Source: Clostridiales bacterium (lineage in GTDB: Bacteria; Bacillota; Clostridia; Christensenellales; CAG-314). Taken from it: a DNA stretch of 55,308 bases. The position numbers were made by a program, and so were the translations under genes. The stretch spans positions 1 through 55,308 of the forward strand of contig SFEB01000001.1 in the NCBI GenBank assembly GCA_004558105.1, given 5' to 3'. Shown here piece by piece: positions 10,160 to 18,632 of this stretch. Within the stretch, counting starts at the first letter, position 1. Every line of letters starts with the position of its first letter. Below the pieces are notes generated by a model. It was not told the DNA's origin, did not search any database, and saw only the letters and a list, made by a program, of their open reading frames with translations.

Positions 10160-12351
10160 TATATCAAGTCATCGTAGACATATCCAATAGTCAGGTTGAC
10201 AGGGTTTTCGACTACACGGGTGAGGGTATTTCCGTTGGCAGTCGAGTATGCGTACCGTTCGGCAACCGCCTTATAGAGGGTTTTGTCGTCGGTCAGAAAG
10301 AAACCACAGACGTTCCGATAAGCAAGCTTAAGGCAATAGAACGTCCGCTTGACGACTTTGTCGCTTTGTCCGAGCAGATACTCGGACTTTGTTCTTTTGT
10401 CTGCAAAAAATACCATTTACGCCTCGTAGACGCTTTGCGCCTAGCCATTCCCAGCGAGATGAGGGCTAATCGTATTGCGCCGCTCGTAAAACGCAAAGCC
10501 AGACTGTCCGATTTGTTGACGAAAGAAGAAATTTTCAGTCGGATAAAACAAAATGCCAAAACGCAAAGAGCGTTGGCGGAGTTTTTACTTAAAGAAGGCG
10601 ATACTAATACCGAAGTGCTTTCAAAACGTTTCGGTTACGCCGCTTTAAAAAGTTTGAGGGAAAAAGGTATAGTGGAAACTTACGACGTCACCGTCAAGCG
10701 TAAGCCGTACAAGGCGGTTTCCGATACCTTAACCAACCATATTCTGACCGACGAACAAACCGCCGCCGTTAACGCTATTCTCGACCCCGTCCCCGCTGAA
10801 TTTCTTCTTTGGGGCGTGACGGGTAGCGGTAAAACGGAAGTATATATGTCGGTTATACGGAGGGTTGTTGAGAGCGGCAAAACGGCGATAATGCTTGTTC
10901 CCGAAATATCTCTTACTCCAAACGTACTTAAACTCTTTCGCGGGCGTTTCGGCGATACGGTTGCAATACTTCACAGCGGACTTTCGGCTGGAGAACGCTA
11001 CGACGAATGGTTGCGGTTAAAGCGCGGCGAAGCAAAAATAGCGATAGGCGCCCGCAGCGCCGTGTTTGCTCCGCTGGAAAATATAGGGGTTATTATCATC
11101 GATGAGGAACATGATTCAAGTTATCAGAGCGATAACAATCCTCGCTACGATACCCGTGACGTTGCGCAATACAGATGCAGGCAAAACGGATGCAGTCTCG
11201 TTCTCGGTAGTGCAACGCCGTCGTTAGAGAGTTTTTATAAGGCTCAGAACAAAGAATACAAGTTATTGACGCTTAGTCAGCGTATCAATAAAATGCCTTT
11301 ACCCGACGTTTCGATAGTTGACATGACGGAAGAAACGCGCGCAGGTAATAACGATATTTTCAGCCGTGAACTTGTAGAAGAACTGACTCGTGTAATAAAC
11401 GAGGGGAACCAGGCAATACTGTTTTTAAACAGACGCGGTTACAGCAGTTTCGTTATGTGCAATAAATGCGGATACGTTGCAAAATGCCCCGACTGCGACG
11501 TCAGTCTGACCTATCACAAGGAGGACAACCTTTTAAAATGTCATTATTGCGGACGACAGTTTCGCGTTTTCGACAATTGTCCCAAATGCAAGAGTCCGTA
11601 CATCCGTCAGGGCAGAGTGGGCGACCAACAAGTAGAGGCGCGGTTAAAGCAACTTTTTCCCGACGTAAAGGTGTTGCGAATGGACGCGGACACCACCCAG
11701 ACGAAGGACGGTCTGTTGAAAATACTTGACGCCTTCGGAAAGCGCGAAGCGCAGATACTCGTAGGCACTCAGATGCTGGCAAAAGGACATGACTTTCCTT
11801 ACGTCACCTTGGTCGGTATTTTAAACGGCGATCAGAGTTTGCACTACGACAACTACCTCGCGGCGGAAAAAAACTTCCAACTTCTTACTCAGGTAGCGGG
11901 GCGAAGCGGCAGGGACAAACGGCAAGGCAAGGTTATTTTACAGACTTATACGCCCAGACACTATTGTTTGCAGTATGCGGCTCGTCAGGACTATTTGGGT
12001 TTTTACAAAAGAGAAATCAATCTTAGAGAAGCGTCGGAGTTTCCGCCTTTTTCCGTCGTTGCGCGAGTTATGTACACGGGAGAAGAAAGTCAACGTTGTA
12101 TCGACCTTCTCAACCGTCACTACGCAGATATCGAAAAACTGCAAAATACCTATCCCGACGGTTTTTTGTTTTTGCAAAAGATGCGTTGTCCGTTGCGGAG
12201 GTTGCAGGGCAAACACAGATTTGAAATTTTAATGCGACTTTCTAACGCTTGTGCGGAAGAAATTTTGGAAACAATATACAAAATAGTAGATAAAGACACG
12301 GAGGATAAGGTTTTGGTCTTTACGGAAGTCAATCCCCAGAACCTGACTTGA
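10156..12351 (+). CDS. priA: Primosomal protein N' (replication restart helicase PriA)
   Basis: Walker A GVTGSGKTEVY, DEEH box, Cys-rich Zn-binding insert (CNKCGY..CPDCD...CHYCG..CPKC). ATGA overlap with coaBC. Confidence 0.9.
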   Translation: MIYQVIVDISNSQVDRVFDYTGEGISVGSRVCVPFGNRLIEGFVVGQKETTDVPISKLKAIERPLDDFVALSEQILGLCSFVCKKYHLRLVDALRLAIPSEMRANRIAPLVKRKARLSDLLTKEEIFSRIKQNAKTQRALAEFLLKEGDTNTEVLSKRFGYAALKSLREKGIVETYDVTVKRKPYKAVSDTLTNHILTDEQTAAVNAILDPVPAEFLLWGVTGSGKTEVYMSVIRRVVESGKTAIMLVPEISLTPNVLKLFRGRFGDTVAILHSGLSAGERYDEWLRLKRGEAKIAIGARSAVFAPLENIGVIIIDEEHDSSYQSDNNPRYDTRDVAQYRCRQNGCSLVLGSATPSLESFYKAQNKEYKLLTLSQRINKMPLPDVSIVDMTEETRAGNNDIFSRELVEELTRVINEGNQAILFLNRRGYSSFVMCNKCGYVAKCPDCDVSLTYHKEDNLLKCHYCGRQFRVFDNCPKCKSPYIRQGRVGDQQVEARLKQLFPDVKVLRMDADTTQTKDGLLKILDAFGKREAQILVGTQMLAKGHDFPYVTLVGILNGDQSLHYDNYLAAEKNFQLLTQVAGRSGRDKRQGKVILQTYTPRHYCLQYAARQDYLGFYKREINLREASEFPPFSVVARVMYTGEESQRCIDLLNRHYADIEKLQNTYPDGFLFLQKMRCPLRRLQGKHRFEILMRLSNACAEEILETIYKIVDKDTEDKVLVFTEVNPQNLT

Positions 12352-12353
12352 TT

Positions 12354-12950
12354 ATGGCAGTAAGAAAGATTATTACTTTAGGCGAGGAGGGTAGTGAAGC
12401 TCTTCGCAAGATTTGTAAACCGGTAGACAAATTCGACGACAGGCTGGCGACGCTTATAGACGACATGAAAGAAACGTTGGCACATGCCGACGGGCTCGGT
12501 CTTGCCGCACCTCAGGTCGGCGTATTAAAACGCGTAGTTATCGTTAAATATGAGGAACATGAATACGAACTTGTCAATCCGAAAATTATTGAAACAAGCG
12601 GCGAAAGCATAGACGACGAGGGATGTCTGTCCGTAAAAGGTCAACGCGGTCTTGTCGAAAGACCCAGCTATATCAAAGTTGAATTTTTTGACAGGCATGG
12701 CAACAAACAGGTCGTTCAGGCTGAGGATTACTTTGCGCGCGTCTTCTTTCATGAAATCGATCACCTTGACGGCGTGGTATTTACCGACGTTGCTATCAGA
12801 GACCGCAACGGCAAGATAATGACGTACGACGACATCGAGGAGATTGAAAAACGGATTAAAGAGCAAGAGGCAAAAGAGGCTAAAAAAGAAAAAAAGGCAA
12901 AGAAACAACGTTCCGCCGCGTCAAAATCCGTTAAAGAGAAAAAGAAATAA
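12354..12950 (+). CDS. def: Peptide deformylase with Lys-rich C-terminal extension
   Basis: Motifs GLAAPQVG, EGCLS, HEIDHL. ATG-12354 is preferred over the TTG-12348 used in the ORF track. About 33 C-terminal residues are polybasic. Confidence 0.9.
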   Translation: MAVRKIITLGEEGSEALRKICKPVDKFDDRLATLIDDMKETLAHADGLGLAAPQVGVLKRVVIVKYEEHEYELVNPKIIETSGESIDDEGCLSVKGQRGLVERPSYIKVEFFDRHGNKQVVQAEDYFARVFFHEIDHLDGVVFTDVAIRDRNGKIMTYDDIEEIEKRIKEQEAKEAKKEKKAKKQRSAASKSVKEKKK

Positions 12951-12953
12951 ACT

Positions 12954-13892
12954 ATGAAGATAATTTTTTTGGGCTCGCCGCTTTTTTCGGTCAACGTCTT
13001 AAAACAACTTCTTTCCGACGGGAACCATACCGTTCTGGCTGCCGTTTGTCAACCCGACAAAAAGGGCAACCGCAACAAAATGACTTCCTGCGAAGTAAAA
13101 AAGTTTGCGATTGACAACGGCATTCCCGTTTTTGACTGGGAGAATATCAACGACCACGTTGAGAAATTAAAAAGTATCGGTTCGGACGTGTTGGTCACTG
13201 CCGCGTACGGTCAGATGCTGTCTCAGGACGTTTTAAACGTCGCCAAGTACGGCGTCATTAACGTTCACGGCAGTTTGTTGCCTAAACTCAGAGGCGCGTC
13301 CCCCGTCCAGCGCGCGGTTATGGAAGGGTGGAACGAAACGGGCGTTACTATCGTAAAAAGCGTTCTGAAAATGGACGCTGGCCCTTATCTTTCTCAGGCA
13401 AAAGTCGAAATTTTGCCTACCGACACCGCCGACAGCGTATTCGATAAAATGGCTGTTGTGGGCGGCAGACTGTTGGCGGAGACTCTGACGGAGCTGGAAG
13501 AGGGCAGAGCGACGTACACGGAACAGGATTTGAATGAAGTTACTTTTTGCAAAAAAATCAAAGCGCAAGAAGAAAAAATAGACTGGACTCAACCGGCAAA
13601 TGTAGTAAGCGCAAGGATACGCGGGCTTTCGAGTAACCCGTCGGCGTATACTTACTTCGGCGGCAAACGGTTTAAAGTGTTCAACTGCGTTTTAGCAGAC
13701 GGAAATCAATCGGACAAGCGAGCGGGGGAAATTACTTACACTAAAAAACAGTTGCTCGTCACCTGCGGTGACGGAAATACGCTTTCTTTGACCGACGTTC
13801 AGGCGGCAGAGGGCAAAAGAATGCGCGCGGCAGATTTTTTAAACGGTTTAAAGGTTCGTCCCGACGCATTCAGTGACGAGGAAGGTCTATGA
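12954..13892 (+). CDS. fmt: Methionyl-tRNA formyltransferase
   Basis: IIFLGSP, INVHGSLLPKLRGASPVQ (formyltransferase core). def-fmt synteny. Confidence 0.9.
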   Translation: MKIIFLGSPLFSVNVLKQLLSDGNHTVLAAVCQPDKKGNRNKMTSCEVKKFAIDNGIPVFDWENINDHVEKLKSIGSDVLVTAAYGQMLSQDVLNVAKYGVINVHGSLLPKLRGASPVQRAVMEGWNETGVTIVKSVLKMDAGPYLSQAKVEILPTDTADSVFDKMAVVGGRLLAETLTELEEGRATYTEQDLNEVTFCKKIKAQEEKIDWTQPANVVSARIRGLSSNPSAYTYFGGKRFKVFNCVLADGNQSDKRAGEITYTKKQLLVTCGDGNTLSLTDVQAAEGKRMRAADFLNGLKVRPDAFSDEEGL

Positions 13893-15184
13893 GTACCCGA
13901 ACGGCGCTTAAAAACAGTTGCGATTGTCTGGATTCGATTTATAAAAAAGGTGCGTTTTCTAACGTAACGCTTAACGAGGTGTTGAATAAAACGCCGATTG
14001 AGGACAAGCCGTTGGTGACGAAAATAGTCTACGGCGTTCTCGATAACGATATCCGGCTCGATTATTATATAAGACAATTTGCTCCGCATCCTTCCGCTAC
14101 GGTGCTTACTATGCTTAAAATCGGCGCGTATTGCATCACCGGACTCAATTTGCCGTCTGCAATAGCGGTAAACGACTGTGTGGAAGTGTTAAAAAAACAG
14201 GGCAAGGCTGGTTTGTGCGGCTTTGTCAACGCCGTTTTGCGCAATATTTCCCGAGCGTACGAAGCCGATTCTTTAAAGTTGCCTGGCGATCCGCTCAAGG
14301 CAACGAGCGTAAAGAGTTCTTTACCCGTGTGGGCGTTGAAAAAACTCAGGGACGATTACGGTCAGGCGGCTATGCTTTCGTTTGCAAATCATGTCAACGT
14401 GCCGAGCGCAAATTTGCGTATTGATACGGGTACAAACTCAGTAGACGAAGTTAAGTCGTTTCTGGACAAAGAAGGCGTAAAATACGCAGATACGGTTTTG
14501 CCCGACGCGTTGCAGGTCTTCGGTGACGTTACGTCTGTGACGGAAAAAAAGGCATGCGTTGCGATGAGTCTGGCGGCTATGTTAGTAGCACGCACGGTAG
14601 GTGTGGAAGACGGCGACAACGTACTTGACTGTTGTGCGGCTCCGGGCGGCAAAAGCGTATATATGGCCAATCTTTGTCCGACGGCAAGAATATTGTCGTG
14701 TGACGTTTATCCTCACAAACTCAAACTCATCGAAGGCTATGCTTACAAGATGAAAGCCGAAAATATAAGCGTAAAACTTAACGACGCGACGGCTGTCAAT
14801 CCGCAGTTTTTCGATAAATTCGACAAGGTTTTGTTGGATGTGCCTTGCAGCGGCTACGGTGTGATTTTTTCCAGACCCGATATCAAGGTTTTTCGTAAGC
14901 AAGAAGACGTCGCAGGGTTGGCAAAAATTCAACGACAGATGTTGAGCGTCGCAAAAAATTACGTAAAAAAAGGCGGTACGCTCGTTTACTCTACATGTAC
15001 CGTTTTTCAGGAAGAAAACGGAGACAATATCAAGTGGTTTTTAGCGGAAAACCCCGATTTTGAATTGGCAGAACCCGACTTGCCGTTGCACACGGCGTTT
15101 AAAGATAAACCCGGAGTCCAACTAATGCCGGACGTACACGGTACCGAAGGATTTTATATGGCAAAATTAATAAGAAAAATATGA
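13889..15184 (+). CDS. rsmB: 16S rRNA (cytosine967-C5)-methyltransferase
   Basis: N-terminal NusB-like domain. SAM motif DCCAAPGGKS. Catalytic DVPCSG and YSTCT motifs. fmt-rsmB synteny. Confidence 0.85.
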   Translation: MSTRTALKNSCDCLDSIYKKGAFSNVTLNEVLNKTPIEDKPLVTKIVYGVLDNDIRLDYYIRQFAPHPSATVLTMLKIGAYCITGLNLPSAIAVNDCVEVLKKQGKAGLCGFVNAVLRNISRAYEADSLKLPGDPLKATSVKSSLPVWALKKLRDDYGQAAMLSFANHVNVPSANLRIDTGTNSVDEVKSFLDKEGVKYADTVLPDALQVFGDVTSVTEKKACVAMSLAAMLVARTVGVEDGDNVLDCCAAPGGKSVYMANLCPTARILSCDVYPHKLKLIEGYAYKMKAENISVKLNDATAVNPQFFDKFDKVLLDVPCSGYGVIFSRPDIKVFRKQEDVAGLAKIQRQMLSVAKNYVKKGGTLVYSTCTVFQEENGDNIKWFLAENPDFELAEPDLPLHTAFKDKPGVQLMPDVHGTEGFYMAKLIRKI

Positions 15185-16215
15185 TTTTATTGGATTATTC
15201 TCAACAGGAACTTATCGGTTTTTTCCCCGACCAAAAGCCTTACAAAGTCAGACAACTTTACAGATGGTTGACAAAAGGCGTGGATTTTGAGGGAATGACG
15301 GATATCGACAAGGCGTGGCGCGAAAAACTTTCGGCGAAGCATATCGCTTGCCCCGTCAGGATTTTCCGTACGTTTGAGAGCAAGGACGGTACGAAAAAGT
15401 TTTTATATCGCCTGAGCGACGGCAATCTGATAGAAGGCGTTCTTATGAGTTATCATCACGGCAATACGTTGTGCGTTTCTACGCAAGTGGGTTGCCGTAT
15501 GGGTTGCGCTTTTTGCGCAAGCACTCTCGACGGGCTTGTACGCAATCTTTCTGCGGGTGAGATACTCGGTCAGGTGACGGCGGTAAACGCTTTTTTGGGC
15601 GGAGACGCCAATCAACGCCGGATTACCAATATCGTGCTTATGGGTAGCGGCGAGCCTCTTGATAATTTTGACAATACAGTAAAATTTCTTGATCTTGTTT
15701 CTGGCCCCGACGGACTTAACGTTTCGCAACGCAATATAAGTTTGTCGACATGCGGTATTGCACCAAAAATGATAGAACTTGCAGACAGAGGTTATTCAGT
15801 TAATCTTACTTTATCTTTGCACTCTCCGAGACAGGAAAAAAGACGGAATTTAATGCCTATTTCCAACGCCTACCCACTTACCGAAGTAATAGAAGCTTGC
15901 AAGTATTATTTTTTAAAAACGGGGAGAAGAGTTATTTTTGAGTACGTTCTGGTCAAAGGCGAAAACGATTCTGACGAAGACGCGCGGTTGCTGTCCAGGC
16001 TTACCCGCGGTTTTTCCGCTCACGTCAATTTGATACGGCTTAATCCCGTTAAGGAACGTAAACTTTTGCCCACCGAAGAAGACGCCGCAAGGGAATTTTT
16101 GGCTAAACTTACCAAGCTCGGTGTTTCGGCTACCATACGCCGTCAGATGGGTGTGGATATCGAGGGCGCATGCGGACAGTTGCGCCGTCGCGTTTTAAAA
16201 AATGGAAAAGATTAA
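15181..16215 (+). CDS. rlmN: 23S rRNA/tRNA (adenine-C2)-methyltransferase, radical SAM
   Basis: Radical-SAM CxxxCxxC (GCRMGCAFCAS), MGSGEPL, C-terminal GACGQL. Confidence 0.9.
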   Translation: MILLDYSQQELIGFFPDQKPYKVRQLYRWLTKGVDFEGMTDIDKAWREKLSAKHIACPVRIFRTFESKDGTKKFLYRLSDGNLIEGVLMSYHHGNTLCVSTQVGCRMGCAFCASTLDGLVRNLSAGEILGQVTAVNAFLGGDANQRRITNIVLMGSGEPLDNFDNTVKFLDLVSGPDGLNVSQRNISLSTCGIAPKMIELADRGYSVNLTLSLHSPRQEKRRNLMPISNAYPLTEVIEACKYYFLKTGRRVIFEYVLVKGENDSDEDARLLSRLTRGFSAHVNLIRLNPVKERKLLPTEEDAAREFLAKLTKLGVSATIRRQMGVDIEGACGQLRRRVLKNGKD

Positions 16216-17080
16216 AGGTAAAGTCATTAAGGGCGTCGGCGGCAGATATTCCGTGTTTTCAAACGGAGAAAAGTACTCGTGCTTCGCTCAAAAAAAAGTC
16301 AAATACTTTTACGACGACGTGACGGTCGGAGACGACGTATTGTTTGTCAAACAAGGCAAAGATTACGTGCTGACGGATATTCTGCCGCGAAGGAACAGTC
16401 TTGTCCGCCCGGCAGTTTCCAACGTGGACGGGGTTTTTGTCGTCGTTGCGCCGTTGCCTCAACCAGATTTGAATCTGGTGGATAAAGTGATAGTAAACTG
16501 CAATAAACAGTCGGTGCCCGTGACGATTGTCGTGAATAAACTTGATATTGCCGACGAACGTTTCGCAGAGGATATTGCGGCGCAGTATGATAAAGAAACC
16601 TCAGCCGTTTTAGCGGTCAGCAGTCGCACGGGTGAGGGGATTTGCGAATTAAGAGCCGCAATCGCCTACAAAACTATGTGTCTGACGGGGCAATCGGCGG
16701 TGGGTAAAACGAGTATTTTAAATTCACTTATGCCGGGACTGAATCTTCCGACCGGAGAGCTATCCGCCAAGACCGACAGGGGAAAGCACACCACTCGTCA
16801 CAATCAGATTTATCCGTTGGACAACGGAGGATATATAGTGGACACTGCCGGTTTCAGTTTGTTCGACCTCGTTGACGTTAAGTCCGACGACCTTGGTCTG
16901 TATTTTTCCGAAATTTTCGAGATTTCAAAGGGTTGTCGGTTCACGATGTGTACGCACACGGCGGAACCCGACTGCGCCGTAAAGGAGCAGGCACGTACCG
17001 ACGCGGTTTTTGATAAAAAATATCAACGTTATCTTGCTTTGTATAAAGAATTAAAAGAAAAGGAAGACAAACGTTTTTAA
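16202..17080 (+). CDS. rsgA: Ribosome small subunit-dependent GTPase A
   Basis: Circularly permuted GTPase: NKLD precedes GQSAVGKTS and DTAGF. C-terminal Zn cluster CRFTMCTHTAEPDC. Confidence 0.85.
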   Translation: MEKIKGKVIKGVGGRYSVFSNGEKYSCFAQKKVKYFYDDVTVGDDVLFVKQGKDYVLTDILPRRNSLVRPAVSNVDGVFVVVAPLPQPDLNLVDKVIVNCNKQSVPVTIVVNKLDIADERFAEDIAAQYDKETSAVLAVSSRTGEGICELRAAIAYKTMCLTGQSAVGKTSILNSLMPGLNLPTGELSAKTDRGKHTTRHNQIYPLDNGGYIVDTAGFSLFDLVDVKSDDLGLYFSEIFEISKGCRFTMCTHTAEPDCAVKEQARTDAVFDKKYQRYLALYKELKEKEDKRF

Positions 17081-17095
17081 TTAAAGGAGAGAATC

Positions 17096-17740
17096 ATGAA
17101 AAAAACAATAGTTGCTCCGAGTATATTATCGGCAAATTTTGCAACGATGGGCGAAGCGGTCAGACAACTTACCGTTGACGGCGCGGATTGGATACACGTC
17201 GACGTTATGGACGGCGTTTTCGTTCCAAACATCAGTTTTGGCCAAAAAATGGTCAAAGATATTCGTCCGTTGACTTCGTTGCCGTTGGACGTTCATCTTA
17301 TGATAATAAATCCCGAAAGGTATATCAAGGAGTTTGCAGAGCGAGGCGCAGACTATATTACCATACATATAGAAGCGACAGAAAAAGTGGCGGAGGCTCT
17401 TTCTCTCATTAAAAAATGCGGAAAGAAAGCGGGATTGTCTATCAAACCCGCAACCCCTGTCGAGGCGCTTGCGCCGTATATCGAGGACTTGGATCTCATT
17501 CTCGTTATGTCGGTGGAACCCGGTTTTGGCGGACAAAAGTTCAATCCGGTGGCGATCGAAAAAATCAGACAGTGTAAAAAACTCGTCGGCAACCGTGATA
17601 TCGTAATCGAAGTTGACGGCGGAATAACCGAAGATAACGTCGTAGACGTTCGCGCCGCAGGCGTAGACGCAGTTGTGGCTGGCAATACCGTTTTTTCCGC
17701 CCCCGACAAAGCCGCTACCATTAAGCGCTTGCAGGGCTGA
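17096..17740 (+). CDS. rpe: Ribulose-phosphate 3-epimerase
   Basis: APSILSANF, HVDVMDG.FVPN, SVEPGFGGQKF, EVDGG. AGGAG SD. Confidence 0.9.
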   Translation: MKKTIVAPSILSANFATMGEAVRQLTVDGADWIHVDVMDGVFVPNISFGQKMVKDIRPLTSLPLDVHLMIINPERYIKEFAERGADYITIHIEATEKVAEALSLIKKCGKKAGLSIKPATPVEALAPYIEDLDLILVMSVEPGFGGQKFNPVAIEKIRQCKKLVGNRDIVIEVDGGITEDNVVDVRAAGVDAVVAGNTVFSAPDKAATIKRLQG

Positions 17741-17796
17741 AAAAGATAAAATAACCTTTTTTCGTTTTATCGCATAAAATAAAACGGAGGTAAGGT

Positions 17797-17877
17797 ATGA
17801 AAATCGTCTGTTTTAAAGTTCCGCGCGCACTGGCGGCACTCTTAAAATTAATTTTTTTCAGAAGAGTTATAAAATAA
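17797..17877 (+). CDS. spoVM: Stage V sporulation protein M-like 26-aa amphipathic peptide (below the ORF-track length cutoff)
   Basis: ATG preceded by GGAGGT (6-nt spacer). Product is MKIVCFKVPRALAALLKLIFFRRVIK, the same 26-aa length as B. subtilis SpoVM (MKFYTIKLPKFLGGIVRAMLGSFRKD as I recall it). It shares the MK....K.P+.L pattern. Same genomic context (downstream of rsgA-rpe), followed by a terminator. Confidence 0.7.
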   Translation: MKIVCFKVPRALAALLKLIFFRRVIK

Positions 17878-17898
17878 CGCAAAATACTTTACTAAAAG

Positions 17899-17924
17899 TC
17901 GTCCGTAACGGGCGATTTTTTTTT
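17899..17924 (+). terminator. Rho-independent terminator ending the yicC...rpe-spoVM cluster
   Basis: 7-bp stem tcgtccg/cgggcga (one G-U), 3-nt loop, then a run of 9 T. Confidence 0.7.
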
Positions 17925-17999
17925 GTTCGTAATAATGATTTTGAAAATAAAAGAATCGAGTTTCGGATAAAAATTTTAATGCATTTTATGAAAATTGAC

Positions 18000-18028
18000 T
18001 TGCTTAATACGATGCTAAAATGTATAAT
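18000..18028 (+). promoter_or_regulatory. Candidate sigma-A promoter for the nitroreductase gene
   Basis: TTGCTT (18000-18005), 17-nt spacer, TATAAT (18023-18028), in an AT-rich intergenic region. Confidence 0.35.
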
Positions 18029-18095
18029 AAGGACAGATAATATATCGTAAAAGATATTCATTATTGCAAAATACTAAAATAAGTCGGAGATTACT

Positions 18096-18611
18096 ATGAA
18101 CGAAACTATTTCAACCTTGACGACACGCAAGAGTAGCAGACTTTACAGACATGAACATATTTCAGAAGCGGAAATAGAACAGATTTTAGCGGCTGGCTTA
18201 AACGCACCGAGCGGTAGAAACACTCAATCCCCACGTTTTGTCGTCGTTACAGACGAAGATACGGTAAAAAAACTTTCGCAACTCAATGCCGCAGTAATGG
18301 GCTTTGACGGCGATCCGTTTTACGGCGCACAGGATCTTATCATAGTACTTGCAAAAAAGGAATGTACTTATCTTTACGACGGCAGTCTCGCCATGGGCAA
18401 TCTTTTAAGCGCCGCATGGTCGCTGGGAATAGATTGTCGTTGGATTCATCGCGCCAAAGAAATTTTTGAGTCCGATGAGGGTAAACGTCTTCTTAAAAAA
18501 TGGGGTATAGACGAGGACGTCGAGGGTATAGGCTTTTGCATTCTCGGACATGCCGCAGACGATAAAGAAAAAACGAAAATCAAGCCCGGCAGAGTATTTT
18601 ACGTCAAATAA
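18096..18611 (+). CDS. Nitroreductase family protein
   Basis: N-terminal TRKSSRLY, then AGLNAPSGRNTQSPRFVVV, typical of the FMN nitroreductase fold. 171 aa. Confidence 0.8.
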   Translation: MNETISTLTTRKSSRLYRHEHISEAEIEQILAAGLNAPSGRNTQSPRFVVVTDEDTVKKLSQLNAAVMGFDGDPFYGAQDLIIVLAKKECTYLYDGSLAMGNLLSAAWSLGIDCRWIHRAKEIFESDEGKRLLKKWGIDEDVEGIGFCILGHAADDKEKTKIKPGRVFYVK

Positions 18612-18632
18612 ACCACAAGGAGAAACAGGCAG

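Noticed and set aside
17867-18061. 64-aa minus-strand ORF in the AT-rich spacer between the spoVM-like ORF and the nitroreductase gene
   Set aside because: Low-complexity Ile/Leu/Lys/Phe product of AT-rich DNA with no SD. It overlaps the terminator and the candidate nitroreductase promoter.
17931-18065. 8-bp inverted repeat (aataatga / tcattatt) bracketing the nitroreductase promoter region
   Set aside because: It is too short and AT-rich to stand out from chance in a 170-bp AT-rich spacer, and it does not extend when the flanks are compared.
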